Positions 24,843-38,204 of a DNA stretch of 64,000 nt are shown here, in pieces (the stretch's first letter is position 1; each line of letters begins with the position of its first letter). The stretch is from Ylistrum balloti. Lineage: Eukaryota. The stretch is from NCBI RefSeq assembly GCF_031769215.1, contig NW_026782072.1:1-64000 (forward strand), given 5' to 3'. The notes beneath the pieces are model-generated. The model made no database searches and was not told where the DNA came from. It was given only the letters and a program-made list of their open reading frames with translations. Made by a program: the position numbers and the translations under genes.

Positions 24843-27800
24843 AAAATCACATCTTTGGAGAATATGACACCATACCGGATGGACTGACCAATTCTTTATC
24901 AACTCTTTACGGATATATTGATTAACATTTAAATTTGAAACTCCTGCTTGAATCCCTCGTTTTGTGATTGTCAATGACTTTATTTTGGTTATTTTACACA
25001 CAATTATCTTATTCTAATATAAAATGATTGTTGACAATTGTCATCTTGTTCTCTATCCTTTGGAAATCTTTGAAATGTAAATCTAATAACAATAAATATT
25101 GGTATCTGCTTCAATGAGAGTTTTGTAGATTTATTTATGGACATGATGTTATTTTTGTCTTTAACCTCTGAATCCTGCAGGACTAATAGATTGGTCGAAA
25201 GAAATGTTTAGATTTAGATGGCGAGGTGCACTAACTCCATAATTCAATAACTTTGATAATATTCATATCTCGCATGGTTTGATAGGAATGTCAAACACGC
25301 GTGCATATTCTGACCGTACTACTCTTCATATCAAAACATGTCATACAAGTTACAGTTGGGTGTTCTCTGAATGTCAATAAAAGAAGAATGTGTTGTTTTA
25401 TGATACAATGGCAAGTCAATTCACCTGGATTGTTACCTGATATTTACCCGTTCCTCACAAAACATTTTTTTATATTTGATGTATGACAATTTTTAAAAAA
25501 CATTGAAATGTTGTTATTAAAGTAATTTAGATGTATGAAAAATGTTATTATAAAAATTGGAATAAAGAACTTTGACAGTTCAGCACTAAATTATATTCGA
25601 AAAACAATTTACTATTAAATTGGATGATACAGTAATATGCAACACAAAGAAAGACTATAAACTGATGTTTTTTCTCTAGAATAAGGGAACAAAAGTAATT
25701 GAAACAAAAAAAAGCGCATAATAATGTTGTTGGTTACAAGCACGCATACCGGTAATAATACTGAACGTCAAGACTTGTACGTATTGTAATTATATCCAAC
25801 AAAAAGAGGATGACTTATATATCTAATTATAATTCAAAATTTAGGAGTTACTGTTAGGTTTTAAAATAATATACCACGCTCCATGGTTTATCGAGAACAC
25901 GACATAAGCAATTCCACTTTTAAATGATACAAAAACAAAAAACAGGAAAATTGAATAATTGGTGAAGATTCTAAAGAAAGACGCCGCACAGTTATAATGC
26001 ATAATTAATTATTTATATATATCATTAAATAAAATTTAGTAGTCCCATATTTTGGTTTCATACAAAATACTTTATAAAAATATATATTAAATAGTTTTTA
26101 AAAAGATATATTAAATATTTTTTTAAATAATAAGTGAATTTGGTCTGATGTATGTAGGATTCTCAATTTTGAGAAAATATCGTACTTCGGCGAATAGAAC
26201 TTGCTAAGCAGATTTCAGTTTTACAAATATAGAATAGCGATATTTTTCTATATCACTTTGCTATATTCTATATTAAAACCTATTATAATTTCTTAAAAGT
26301 ACTATTAAATGATCACACAAAAAACTTATTGTGTACTTAGTAACCATTAATTCATAGTGGAAACTGGCAAACGGAATGATGCAGGATACCAAAATAAAAT
26401 TGTCCTCATTTTTATTATAATGCCATAGATGTCCCAAATATATCAAGCTGAAAGCTAATGTCAGTTATCAGCTGAACATAAGAAAATTATCAAAATACCA
26501 TTAAATATCTCCAAATGCAATTAAGTTGATAAAACTCAGGAATCTCAGTCATAATAGAACCTTAAAATAATTCAGCAACGTATGATATGATAGAACATGG
26601 GATGTGAAATGATGCATTAGGTTCCTCTATATTTTTCATGGTGAAAGAGAACAATTTTTTTTTTACATATATCCGAGATATTTAGGTAAGGTTATTGAAC
26701 AATTATTATGATGGAAATCAGCATTGGAAATTTATTTATAAACAATTATTTGAAATCTGATAAAATCAATCAATCAAATAATATTTACGAAGTCAAAATT
26801 TAATTTTAAGTTTTAAAGGTAAACTTAACTGCTGGAATGGAAACTAATTAAGGGAAAAGATTATAATCCCTGTCAAAACTAATTGCCCTGTAGGGAAATT
26901 CCAAATGCTGGCTTTCAGAGATACTCCTCAAACCTGGGGAACCACTAGGAGAGTCTCCGACATGAAGTCTCAAAAATTTGGAACCACCTTATATAACTAC
27001 TTAACCTATACTGAGAGCTTGAGATGTCTTATCTGTTGAAGGCCGAAGGCGGAGTGGATGTGAAATAAATACGTATATGAATAAAAAAGAACAAAGCATG
27101 TACTATGGAAATAAAACAGAGCGTTTTAAAGTGTCAGAACATTACACTATATTGTGAGTGTTGTCCTGTTATCATCTATCTTATATTTCAAATACAGATC
27201 TACCACAATCCATTTTTCTTGTTTCACCAACAGCTGAAATTGCATCAATAAATAACTGTTAACAAGACGAAATAAAATACACAAAGCACAGTTCAAAGCA
27301 TGGAATGATGGGTGATTTCTGTTCTTAAGTGTGTATATAGAATATACTTTATATAATTACTAATTCACTGTATAATCCTCCCGTGTTCGTGATATAACAG
27401 TCTTGCCAACATGAATCCCCATAACAATACAATGACATTGCAATTATGTACCTTTAACCATATTAAAGGATGCTCGTTTGCAATAATCAAGGGAAGTGAT
27501 TAATGCTCTTGGCAACTGATGTGCTAGTGATCAAAACATTGCGTGCCAATATTACTGTATTTAGGTCTCTGGTTCGGTGACTATGCTCATATGAATTTGG
27601 CTGTGAAAAAAACTGTCAAAATCTGCTAATCGAGTCCTTAATTTCTCAGGTACCTATTTTAATGTTGTATTACCATATGACACTTGGATAAAATAAATTA
27701 AAAATACTTATAAATGTCAACAGGTTGTGAACATTACGGTATCATGTGATAAGTCCTCCAAAAATAACGATCACTTTCAAGAACACATTATTGATGGACA

Positions 27801-28244
27801 TCTCAACAGTAAGAGAATGTATCAATAGATTATCAAAACATCATCTGCATGGAAAGAGAAGTCATTTCACTCTCTCTGTCCTTATTCTTAGATATAATAG
27901 TAATGGTTAATAGTTGTAACAAGCAACAGTAATATTGAAACATAGTATAACATTTCTAAAACACACAATATAAGGAAATTATAACTTCATACCACAACAT
28001 ATACTAGATAATACGAAAATAGAGATCGTCAGACCCGCTTTGTTGTATGATAAAAGGTGAACATTAATTTTAAAAATTCACTGTCGGTAGTTGAAGACAA
28101 AAACATACATTTATTGATATATGGCAGTTGTTTCGGCAAGATTGTATAAGCCTTGAAACTAATGATGAAAAAAGCAAATGACATTTATGTAGAATGTCTT
28201 TATCGGGATTATACACACACTATAGTTTAACAGTACATATATGT

Positions 28245-29043
28245 TGCACACGAACATGTAATGAGTGCACACGATGATACACAAGCATCACTGCACACGG
28301 TTGATTTTGTATTACGTATTAACAAAGTACATATCTATTTTTTAACAAAAACAATCGTGCTATATCCTATTGTTTCTATCTCTAAAGTATGTTGTTACAG
28401 ACAAAGATGGTATAATTTTCCTCCATCAGGAAGTATTAACATGACAGGGTTTTATCTTTTGGGTGTGTTTACATATTCGGAAAAAATATGCGTCTTAGAT
28501 CACGTCATTTATACCGATATAATGAAATGCTGCATTCAGTCTAATCATGTCGAGTTACATATCAGTCACTCCAACAAAGTTGACAATAAACACGTTGTAA
28601 CATTAAGTCTGTGGTGTTACAGGCAAACGTACAAATCTCTAAATGATCATCCCGAGAAAAGTCAATATGATACTTCCTTATACATCTATTGTAGTTCACG
28701 CCGCCGCTTAATAATTTAATAATCTGTAACATTCCTGATTCATTTAAAATCTACTTTATTTTTTATATTCTATTGTAAGTGGTTGACTTGATGATGACTA
28801 CTTTGTATATATCTATGATCGAGCTCTAAAATGTAGTAATCACATATTTTACTTGGCAATGCATGTAATTAACGTAAGCATAACACTCCGAGTGCAGTTC
28901 TTATAATTTCCTTGTCATCGTTGCACACCACCCTGGTTTTGCTAAGGGCTATCTTCACATAAATATTTTGCGCGTGGGTCTACCCATTCATGTCGATTCA
29001 CACGATACTTAGTTTGCACACGTATCGTCCTATTTCCTATAAG
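28245..29043 (+). promoter_or_regulatory. MT-E promoter: MRE clusters plus TATA box
   Basis: TGCACAC at 28245, 28266, 28292, 28922, 29015. Minus-strand TGCACTC at 28890-28896. TATAAG at 29038-29043. Confidence 0.85.
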
Positions 29044-29164
29044 TATTGTCACATTTTGCAATTGGACAATACCCTGACAATTGATCTATCCAGTAGTGCT
29101 GAGAAGATTTTCTGGTTCTGAAGGTACTCTATAGAAGGTCTGAAGGTACTCTATCGAAACCGAA

Positions 29165-31243
29165 ATGTCTGAAGGTAAGTAGAGTGTTTATGTCATGATT
29201 ACGAACGGCTTCATGTCAGTATTAAAGTAAATAACTTATTGATTTGGTAGCTCATACCATTGCTTGGAAAGTACAAAACATTAGAATATACGTACGTTTG
29301 ATAACATAATTTCCAAAAGTCACTTCACGCCAGAGCGTGTTTGCTAGTAGTAAGAACAAAACTTGTAGGTGAAATCAATCTGTTGTTCGCTTAAGGCTAT
29401 GAGTTGAACATTTTTGATACCTGATTTCTGTAAGCACTTCTCCCGTTTGACGTCTTCACACATTTTTGACATGGATGATCGCATGGTAGCGGCTATTTCG
29501 GTTGGCATGTCTGAAATTGTTATTTTAGATAAACAGGTAGTTGATTGCTCATGGGCCATCCGTCTCAGAAATAAACCCTAACTTTCACCTAAAGTTATAT
29601 TTTCGTTTTCAGCATTCCTCTACTTTCGGTGATTTTTTTTAAATGCTTGCGAACAATTAGACGTCGATTGTTCTTTTGTGTCTTAATAGTACCATCGAAG
29701 AGTACAAAACGATCGATATAACAACAAGGTGCGGCGAAGATTTATCTAATATTCAGTAAGGGTAGTTATATTAGTAGTATCTGACGACAAGGGGATTTGT
29801 GTTCAATAGTCTATTGAAGAAAAAAAAAATTTTCTACCCAACAGCTGCGTTCTGTGCCAAGTGTCCTGGTGGACAGTGCGGCTGCACAGGTGCGGGATGC
29901 TGTAATACAAGCTGTAGATGCCCCGGATGTAAAGTAAACTGTGGATGTTTCTGTAAGTTAAAAGTGAATAGTCTTTTATAATAGGACAGTGGAGGTTTCA
30001 TGAAATACCGACGCTAAGAATAACAGGAACTGCAATCCTACAAAACATTTAAAATTCTAATTGTGCTTTTCTATGTTTGCTTGTTGTATTTGTAACAACG
30101 TTGGGGCGATATAGATCTGTACTATGGATACTGTTCAGTTAGATCACTTAGTGATATCATGGTGACAAAAAAGTATCTGTCACTGTCCAAGGCGCTGGGA
30201 ACAAGCTGAAGGATACATATATCACGTTAATACTGAAGAGGACTTAAACTGATTTACCATACTTTATATTTCTAATTTTAGCGGCAAAGGCCTCAGTTTG
30301 TCCCGACGGAATCTGTCAGATGGGAGTTGATTGTGGATGTGGCTGCAAGTGCAACAGCGCATGCCAGTGTCCTTACTGCAAGGCCGGATGCAAATGTGCA
30401 GGTAATTTTAACTCTCTTGGCATATAATCATAATTACAGTTGTCAGAGTTACCTTCCTCGCTTTTTATTGTCAGTTATATTCCGATATGCCCTAATGGAT
30501 TGGAAAGAATCTATCAGATTTTATCTGGTTAGTGTGGAAAACATTTGGTTATAAAAGTGAAGTTTATTTTTGTATATTTTACTGACAACTTAATTTTTAT
30601 TTCAATTTATTTCACAAATAAATGAGGAACATTATACATGTACAAATAGTAATAAACATATTGCCTATATTTCGCAAACAGAGAAATGTTCCAACTTTTA
30701 CTTGGTGGTACTATTTCTTGTTTGTCAGGTGCCAACTTCGTGTGTACCGCGGACTGCCAGTCTGGGATGTGTTGCGGTACCAGCGCATGTCAGTGTAGCG
30801 GCAAGTGCGCATGCCCAAAGTGCAAGTGCAACTGCGCATCTGGTAAGTACCGGAGTTCTTAGGAACAGGACCTGTCAGTGGCTGTTACATAATACCCTAT
30901 TTATTTAAGGCAAATAGCATGAAGAGTACAAATTCTTGGGAACTTCAGTTGGTACAATGATCCAAGAGTCATGTAATATATCTGAATATATTATTCCGTT
31001 GTTTAAAGTTGTATATCTATAGAAGTTACAGTTAAATACAAAAAATAAATTTTATATATTCAAAAGTGTTTATAGTTATATCTTTACACAGATAAATTTG
31101 AATAACGTGTAAAAATTGCTCATCAGTTTTTGATATCATTATTTATCAATCAATCATACCTTACAGGGGCATGTGCGTGTGGTACGGGCTGTACTGGACC
31201 TAAAACATGCAGGTGTGGTGCTGGATGTAGGTGTAAGCTGTGA
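29165..31243 (+). CDS. MT: Metallothionein MT-E, 142 aa, 40 Cys
   Basis: Exons 29165-29174, 29845-29952, 30282-30401, 30729-30842, 31167-31243. Seven non-Cys substitutions versus MT-D (T>N; E>G, S>N, T>Q, N>Y; R>S; V>T). All 40 Cys are kept. AATAAA at 31492. Confidence 0.95.
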
Positions 31244-32471
31244 GCGATCATGTCTTTGGAGAATATGACACCATACCGGATGGACTGACCAATTCTTTAT
31301 CAACTCTTTACGGATATATTGATTAACATTCAAATTTAAAAGTCCTGCATGAATCCCTCGTTTTGTGAGTGTCATTGACTTTGTTTTGGTTATTTTACAC
31401 TCAATTATCTTATTCTAATATAAAATTATTGTTGACAATTATAATCTTGTTTTCTTTGCTTTGGAAATCTTTAACATGTAAATCGAATTGCAATAAATAA
31501 TGGCATATGTTTTTATGAGAGTTTTGTAGATTTGTTACGGACATGATGTTATTGTTGTCTTTAACTTCTGAATCCTGCAGGATTCGGTTTCAGTATGAAA
31601 TGTAGACGCTCAGGTTCTTCCCTAACCAGTTTGGTGTACTACAAAAACGTACAATAAGTACAATGTGCACCATTTAGACTATTACCTTTGTATTTTGGTG
31701 TAATCATAGGCGAGTCCATAAAGGAGGAGAGGGGCACCTTCTAAAACTTGTAAGCGATCATCATTTGCAAGAACAGTAAGCTTTAATTCCATTTCAAATG
31801 CAGAGACCTATGGCACTTTAAATCACATAAAAGTGAAAACATTGTCTATGAGAAAATAGACGTTGGAAAGTAAATTGTAATTAGCATTACCCTTGAGTTA
31901 TTTCGCTGACAAATCTTAATCAACCGTATCGTAACGTATATGCATCACAGTCCGTTTAGTTCTTGAATTTATTGGTAAACTTACCGTATCAAAATTACTC
32001 TACCTTGTATTTTTTAAAGTTCTGGATATTGTCCTCCACCACTGTGTACAATGCAATCGGTGATTATTTGTTTAATTCGAAGCTAGTACGATTATCAAAT
32101 GTATATGTATATAAATTTGGAATACAAAAACAAAACAAAAAAAGCAAATGGAATGGAGACTGTACAAAATACAAAGAGGGTTATTTATTAGTTAACGAAA
32201 ATATGTGAGTCGTGTAATCCGAAATCCCTGGTCCTCGCTTTTTAATGTTGTTAAATCAGCCATAAACGAAGAAATGGGGTGTCGATGGAAAAGCTGCGTA
32301 AATAATGACAGCCTACATAGCGACTTTTAACCAAATTGTAAGATTTTAAAAAGTTTGATTGTGAAAAAGTGTCATGTTGACTTTGAAAATACGTCTGCAT
32401 GTACGACAACATTTTACATGGGATATACAAGAAAAAATTACCATTGTTATGTGATATCTGACGATAAGCAG

Positions 32472-32568
32472 CACACACACGCCACCACCACTACCGCCAA
32501 CACCATTACCACTACACACACCACCACCACCACCACTACCGCCAACACCATTACCACTACACACACGC
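32472..32568. repeat. CAC/ACC-rich low-complexity tract with a ~41-45-bp duplication
   Basis: caccactaccgccaacaccattaccactacacacac occurs twice. Confidence 0.85.
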
Positions 32569-34995
32569 ACATAAACAAAAGAAAGAAAAAAAATCATATC
32601 ACAGACTTCATATTCATATGAAATGTTTTGTCAGTTCTTCTCCAAATACGACATTTTTTACAGAAATCATGCCGTTGAAAAGAGTGGCATTCAAGCTCAT
32701 TGGAAGAATTCCGGAAAGTTTTGACTTGATTTAAATAACGTGCAGATGATGAACTTTTCATACACATACCTAATCAGGGGCGTAGATATCTAAGTCCCAG
32801 CCTGAATAAAATACATAGCCAGTGGATATAGTTCATAGAGTGGTGGTCAGGTGCAGAGGCATTCTTTACGGACCCCAAAACAAATAAACACAACAAAACC
32901 GTTGGTCCTCCTTCTATTATCCAATGAAAGTTTTTATCTTCTAATGTATGCGGTTTTTCTGTGAAAAGTCAGTTGTACGTGGAAAACTCTGTCCATATTG
33001 TCTTCTGAGAACTATATATCAAATTTTTAACCAACTCATTCTTCGCCTTTTGCGCAAAATTTTACGTGTATTCCTAGGACTTAAACTATTTTAAGTCCGT
33101 GATGTTGCTTGTAAATTATCTGTCAATATCTATATAAAGTTTTATATTTGATCATTTTTACATAATGTTGCGTAAACAATCATGTTACGGCATGATTAAG
33201 ATTCTTTGATGATGCCATTATTTTTCCCCCTCGTAATATTCCGGACACCGTTCACCGTTTCCTGTACAAATATTATAAGCAATATAAAAAAAATCGGTGT
33301 CACTTCCGTGTTTGACTCGCACTACGAAGTTTACATGGATGCCTTGATAACAACCGTCAACAATGTGTCAGCTCTTAAGGTTTATCACATGATAAGGATA
33401 TTGTTTTCTTTGCACTAATGAAAACCAGGGTAAGGTCATTAGCATGACAATTGAATATGATTTGATGTTAACAGTATTATGATCACATGTGCGGTCTTAA
33501 AAAGGTGAAATATACGTGATGCACTAAAACCCGCTGCCTTGTCAAGTCAACGTATTCTAATTCTAATGTGTTTTATCAAACGATAAATCTATATCTGATG
33601 AATGTAACTTATCTAGTTAGAAATGTTACTTATAAAATAATGTAAATTAGAGGTCTTTGTCTTCTCTCAGTTACGTAATGCCAAATATGCGTCATAGATT
33701 ACTTAATACTATGTGTGGAAGTTTCGTGATGTCAATACATTGTAACCAGTTAACGGATCAGGCTTCGACGTCTTTGACTCTGTTGGCAGGGATCACAGAT
33801 TATCATTATAGACCATGCTTGGTTCCAGTTTGGAACGACAAATATCTATCTTACCCGTCCTGTCACAGATCATGACCAAAAATCGACTTATGTCTACTCA
33901 TACAGTGGGTCTATATAAAAAAGAACTCCTGTATGTATGCAGCTTGATGTAAGGTCCTACATTGTGATCTATATCAACATTAAGTTTTTTATTACAGCTT
34001 AATAAGTGTTACAGCAGCAGTTCATTGTAGCTTGTACATAAATGCAGTCTCCATCACTCACCTGGTTCTGTTGACAGTGTCATGGATTATCATCCCGGAG
34101 ACCCAGGTTCAAATGCACTTAGCAGGAATATGTTTTTCCCTGCTTTTTCACATTAGTACCCATTGAAATCCCACAGGTTGTGTTGCTGAGAGCCTTGGAT
34201 TGAGATTTAGACAATCTCTTTTTAAAAACACAAACGGGAGGTGTATAAAGAGTGAGTAATTGTGACTCTCAACTGACAGAACATGTTTTTTTGCTTAGTT
34301 GGAAGTGCTGTGAATTATAACATCAGACATCTTCGTTCAATTTTGACTGGGGCAGTTTGAAGGAATGTTTTTCCCTGTTGTGTCACATCGACACCAACAA
34401 AATCCTACAGGTGGTGGTATTTTGAATCTCTGGTTGAGATTTAGATAATCTCAAGAAAAACAGGGGGAGTAGTATAAAAGAAACAGGTCAGTGTGATTTA
34501 TACAGTGATAAATAAGATATATGTCACTCACCTGAGAGAGCATGCTGATTTACCTCAGTTGGCAGTGCTGAGGATTCCTGCTGGGAATTTGATAGGAATA
34601 TTTTTTCCCTGTCTTTTCACAGAAGAATTAAAACAAGGAACTTTCAGACTTCAACGATGTCTTTGTATGACAAATATTTTAACAAAGTTATTTTTTAAAT
34701 GTGAAACATCAAATAATCACATTCATCCAAAACTATTAATTGATAACCTAAAACCAAATTACAAAATAAAGGCCAAATTGATCCTGTAGATTCTCTGACA
34801 TGGGAAAGACGGAAAATAATATGAAAACTTTGGGATTGTTTTTTTTATTGAATTTGACAGTTGTTTTCTCAAAACGGAAATGCTTCATCATTAGACTTAT
34901 CAAATGAAATATCAATTTTGCTTTGTCTTTTTGTTTAGATGGAGTAGAGAAGGGAAGGAAGAGGGCTGTCTCTATGGTGAGTCACAGCTATTGAG

Positions 34996-36460
34996 ATGAG
35001 TACAAACGGCACAACACCAGCAGCTGAATCTGATGGTAAGAAGTTTTTTGACAGATTGTTTTGATGTCTCAAAAGTAATTCTTGGTGAAATGTTTTGCAA
35101 AAACATAAAAAAGATCAATATCTCATCATATAAATGCCGTGCTTGCAATAAATATATTGCCTTATTGTGTTCTGTTTAAATATCTCAATTAATACATGTA
35201 AGTTTTTTTCAGCTGTGGTGCTAAGTGGAGGCGTGATATTTATCATAATATTTGGTGCCACCTCAATATTCTTCTTCTCGATAATGACAGTTGTGTGTGT
35301 GGGAGAATTTAAGGAGTATAGGTCAAGACGAAGAAGACCTTCAGGGCCTGTTGAGGTTAGTGAGAAAAAATATTCAGACAATTTTGTTTTGATGAGTTCT
35401 TGACAATGATTTCATATGAAAATTAGTTACAATCTAACTCTTCCGATCACAATAGCTTTCTTGTGGCTTTTCGCAACAGATAGGAAATTTGTAAGAAAAT
35501 CAAATCTAAAACAAAGAAAAAAATGACAAACACATTTGGGATGGATGCTATCCTTTTGAATAATGCATAATGTTTGAAATTAAGGTCATTATCTAAATAT
35601 TCTGATAAGCTTGTTATTGTTATCTTATTTATTTTAAAAACTGTTTGTTACATCCTGAGTTCATTATGGAATGGACTGAAATAAGTTAATTAACATTCAG
35701 GGCACATATCAACCATTGACTAACATGTATGTTGATATCAGAAATCCTTTTTTTTCATTTTGAATGTTTTGTAAACATTTATCATAGTTATTCTCTTTTT
35801 CTAACAGAATATAGTATTTATCAGAAGTTTAAACATACCTTGAGGAATATTTGTTTCCAAACATATCGCTGGCATTAGACTTCTATTTTTTTTTTTTTTT
35901 TTTATCAGACTGAGCGAAGTTACATATAACATTTACTTTTTTCTCTGAGAAGTCACTAGAATGAATGTATATATTATTGTTTGTATTGTTCTTTTTAACA
36001 GAATGGTAATTATCCTAGACAACCACCTCCACTTACTGTGCCCCCAGTAACTAACCCCACAGTTCAGGGAGCAAACTATCCAAGGCAACCAGGTTCAGGG
36101 GCAGATAACCGTAGTGACAATAATTCTGTAGGGAGACCAGTAGAAGAAATTGTAACATCTAATCAACCAAATGCTGTGAATAAATCAGTGATAGTGAGTG
36201 AGGAGGGAAATCAAGGAACCAGCACAAATGGAGACATAGTTGTACTTCACGAAACACCTAAGAAAAAACACACTCAACTGAAACCACTGGAACTGGCCAA
36301 ACCAGGGACAGATAACACTAACCCAGAGACTATATTTTCACCAAGACCAACAACAATGGATGGTTTGAGTACAGTGGCCTTTATCCAACCTACACCTCCC
36401 CTACCATCCATATCTTCCAACATCAGCCAGTCAGATGTCACCCCTGTTGTCAGCTCCTAG
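34996..36460 (+). CDS. Single-pass membrane protein, 213 aa, short N-terminal ectodomain, no signal peptide, long disordered Pro/Ser/Thr/Asn-rich tail
   Basis: Exons 34996-35035 (MSTNGTTPAAESD; acceptor at 34938), 35213-35355 (TM VVLSGGVIFIIIFGATSIFFFSIMTVVCV, then KEYRSRRRR) and 36002-36460 (contains listed ORF 36038-36460 in frame). Phases 1 and 0 are consistent. Possible non-coding first exon ending at 33429 (CAGG|GTAAGG). Confidence 0.75.
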
Positions 36461-36769
36461 AAGTTTTGACAAAAATACATTGGGATCAATGTCACTTAAG
36501 TGTTTGATTTATTTAAACCTATACCATATATGTCATTATTTCATGTCATATTTTCTATATATAGGTGTCCTTGTATTGACATCAGACTTTATTTCATTTA
36601 GATGATTATACAAACAGTTGAAAATGACATTACTTCCATTATAATTGAACAAAATCAGTAAGATGTGGTTTTGTGGAAGGATTTGATTAGTAACTGATTG
36701 TGTTTTATTGAAACCTGATTAGTATGATAACCTCTTCAGGTATCAGCACTACCACGCACCATAGTAGGT

Positions 36770-37495
36770 GTAGATGTCCTTGTACTGAAGCAGATATTAT
36801 GGTAGTCTGCAGGGCATATGCTCCTAGACTGTAGGGGAGATTGAGGTAGACAGAGGGACACTTGTCCCTGTACTGTAGTAGAGATTTAGGTAGTCCAAGG
36901 GACAGTTGTCCCTATATCATAATTGAGACTGAGTAAGCTGGAGGGACAGGCATCCCTGTAGGGTAGTAATGATTGAGGAGGTCAGGGTGACACTTTCCCA
37001 TTTACTTATGTGGAGAGTTAGGTAGTCAAAGGGACACTTATCCTTGTACTGGAATGGAGATGGAGGTAGTTAAGAGAAACAGTTTCCCTCATACTTTAGT
37101 GGATATTTAGGTAGTCAGAGGGACACTTGTCCTTGTACTGTAGTGGAAATTGGGTATTCGGTGGGGCACTTGTCCCTATAGTGTAGTGATGATAGAGGTA
37201 GACGGAGCCACACTTGTCCCTGTACTGTAGTGGGTATTGAGGTAGTCAGAGGCACACTTGTCCCTGTACTGTGGTGGGTATTGCGGTAGTCAGAGGCACA
37301 CTTGTCCCTGTACTGTAGTGGGTATTGAGGTAGTCAGAGGCACACTTGTCCCTGTACTGTAGTGGGTATTGAGGTAGTCAGAGGCACACTTGTCCCTGTA
37401 CTGTGGTGGGTATTGAGGTATCAGAGGCACACTTTTCCCTATACTACAGTGAAGATTGAGGTAATAGGAGGGATACTTGTCCCTGAACTGCTGTA
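36770..37495. repeat. 44-bp minisatellite
   Basis: Unit gtagtgggtattgaggtagtcagaggcacacttgtccctgtact. Homogeneous at 37210-37430 and degenerate to the left. Confidence 0.9.
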
Positions 37496-38204
37496 GTCTT
37501 TCCGGCAATCCATGAAATACAGGTATTCAGGTGTGTTATTGCCATGTTGTGTTTAACATGTTTTAACTACTTTTTTAAGATACAGCTATTAGCAATTTTG
37601 ACCTGTTTATTAAACATTCCAGAGAAGAATGATTATTTGTATAAAACAAAAATTGTTGTGTATGAATATTTTAGTCTGTTATCCACTTTATTGCTCATCA
37701 GCAGCAGATGGTGAGCTTTTGATTTTGATAATAATCAGAAAAGAATTGGTCAACAGGGGACCATATTGGATTTGGCAGTTGAAGATTATAATTGCTATTC
37801 TATTTCTTGTAAGGAATTTTCAATTTCTTAGAATTAAGTACAAAAAAAGAGTGAGGAAAATGAAAGAAAATGCATGATTCTTTTAAAGAACATATAAAGT
37901 TGAAACGATGGTGGGCACCAAGATCTCTCTGGGATCTCATATTTTAATTTTAGGTTTCTAATCTTTCCTTTATTTATCCAAAGTTTGGGTACTGTGATAT
38001 TAGAATTCTATTATTGTGAACAATATTCATTTGTGTGTCTGACCATCTTATATAATGCATAATAATTATGAATATGAAAGATAATTTTTACTATGTTTTT
38101 CCTTTTAATTTCTTCAGAATATCTTGTCTTGGTAGAACTTGTGGATGTTCTTTCCAGTTCTGTCATAAGATCATGTGAAATCAACTATATTTAAACATTG
38201 TTTA

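Larger units (their letters stand above)
13006..31582 (+). repeat. Tandem segmental triplication carrying MT-C, MT-D, MT-E (~6.4-kb period)
   Basis: Exon offsets are C->D 6397-6429 bp and D->E 6399-6402 bp. The spacers 18445-22765 and 24843-29164 differ only by scattered SNPs and small indels. The region upstream of C (13390-16336) is a more diverged copy of the same spacer, lacking ~1 kb. Confidence 0.95.

Noticed and set aside
34030-34640. Degenerate ~240-bp duplication with a B-box-like GGTTCAAAT
   Set aside because: Too decayed to define boundaries or a family by eye.
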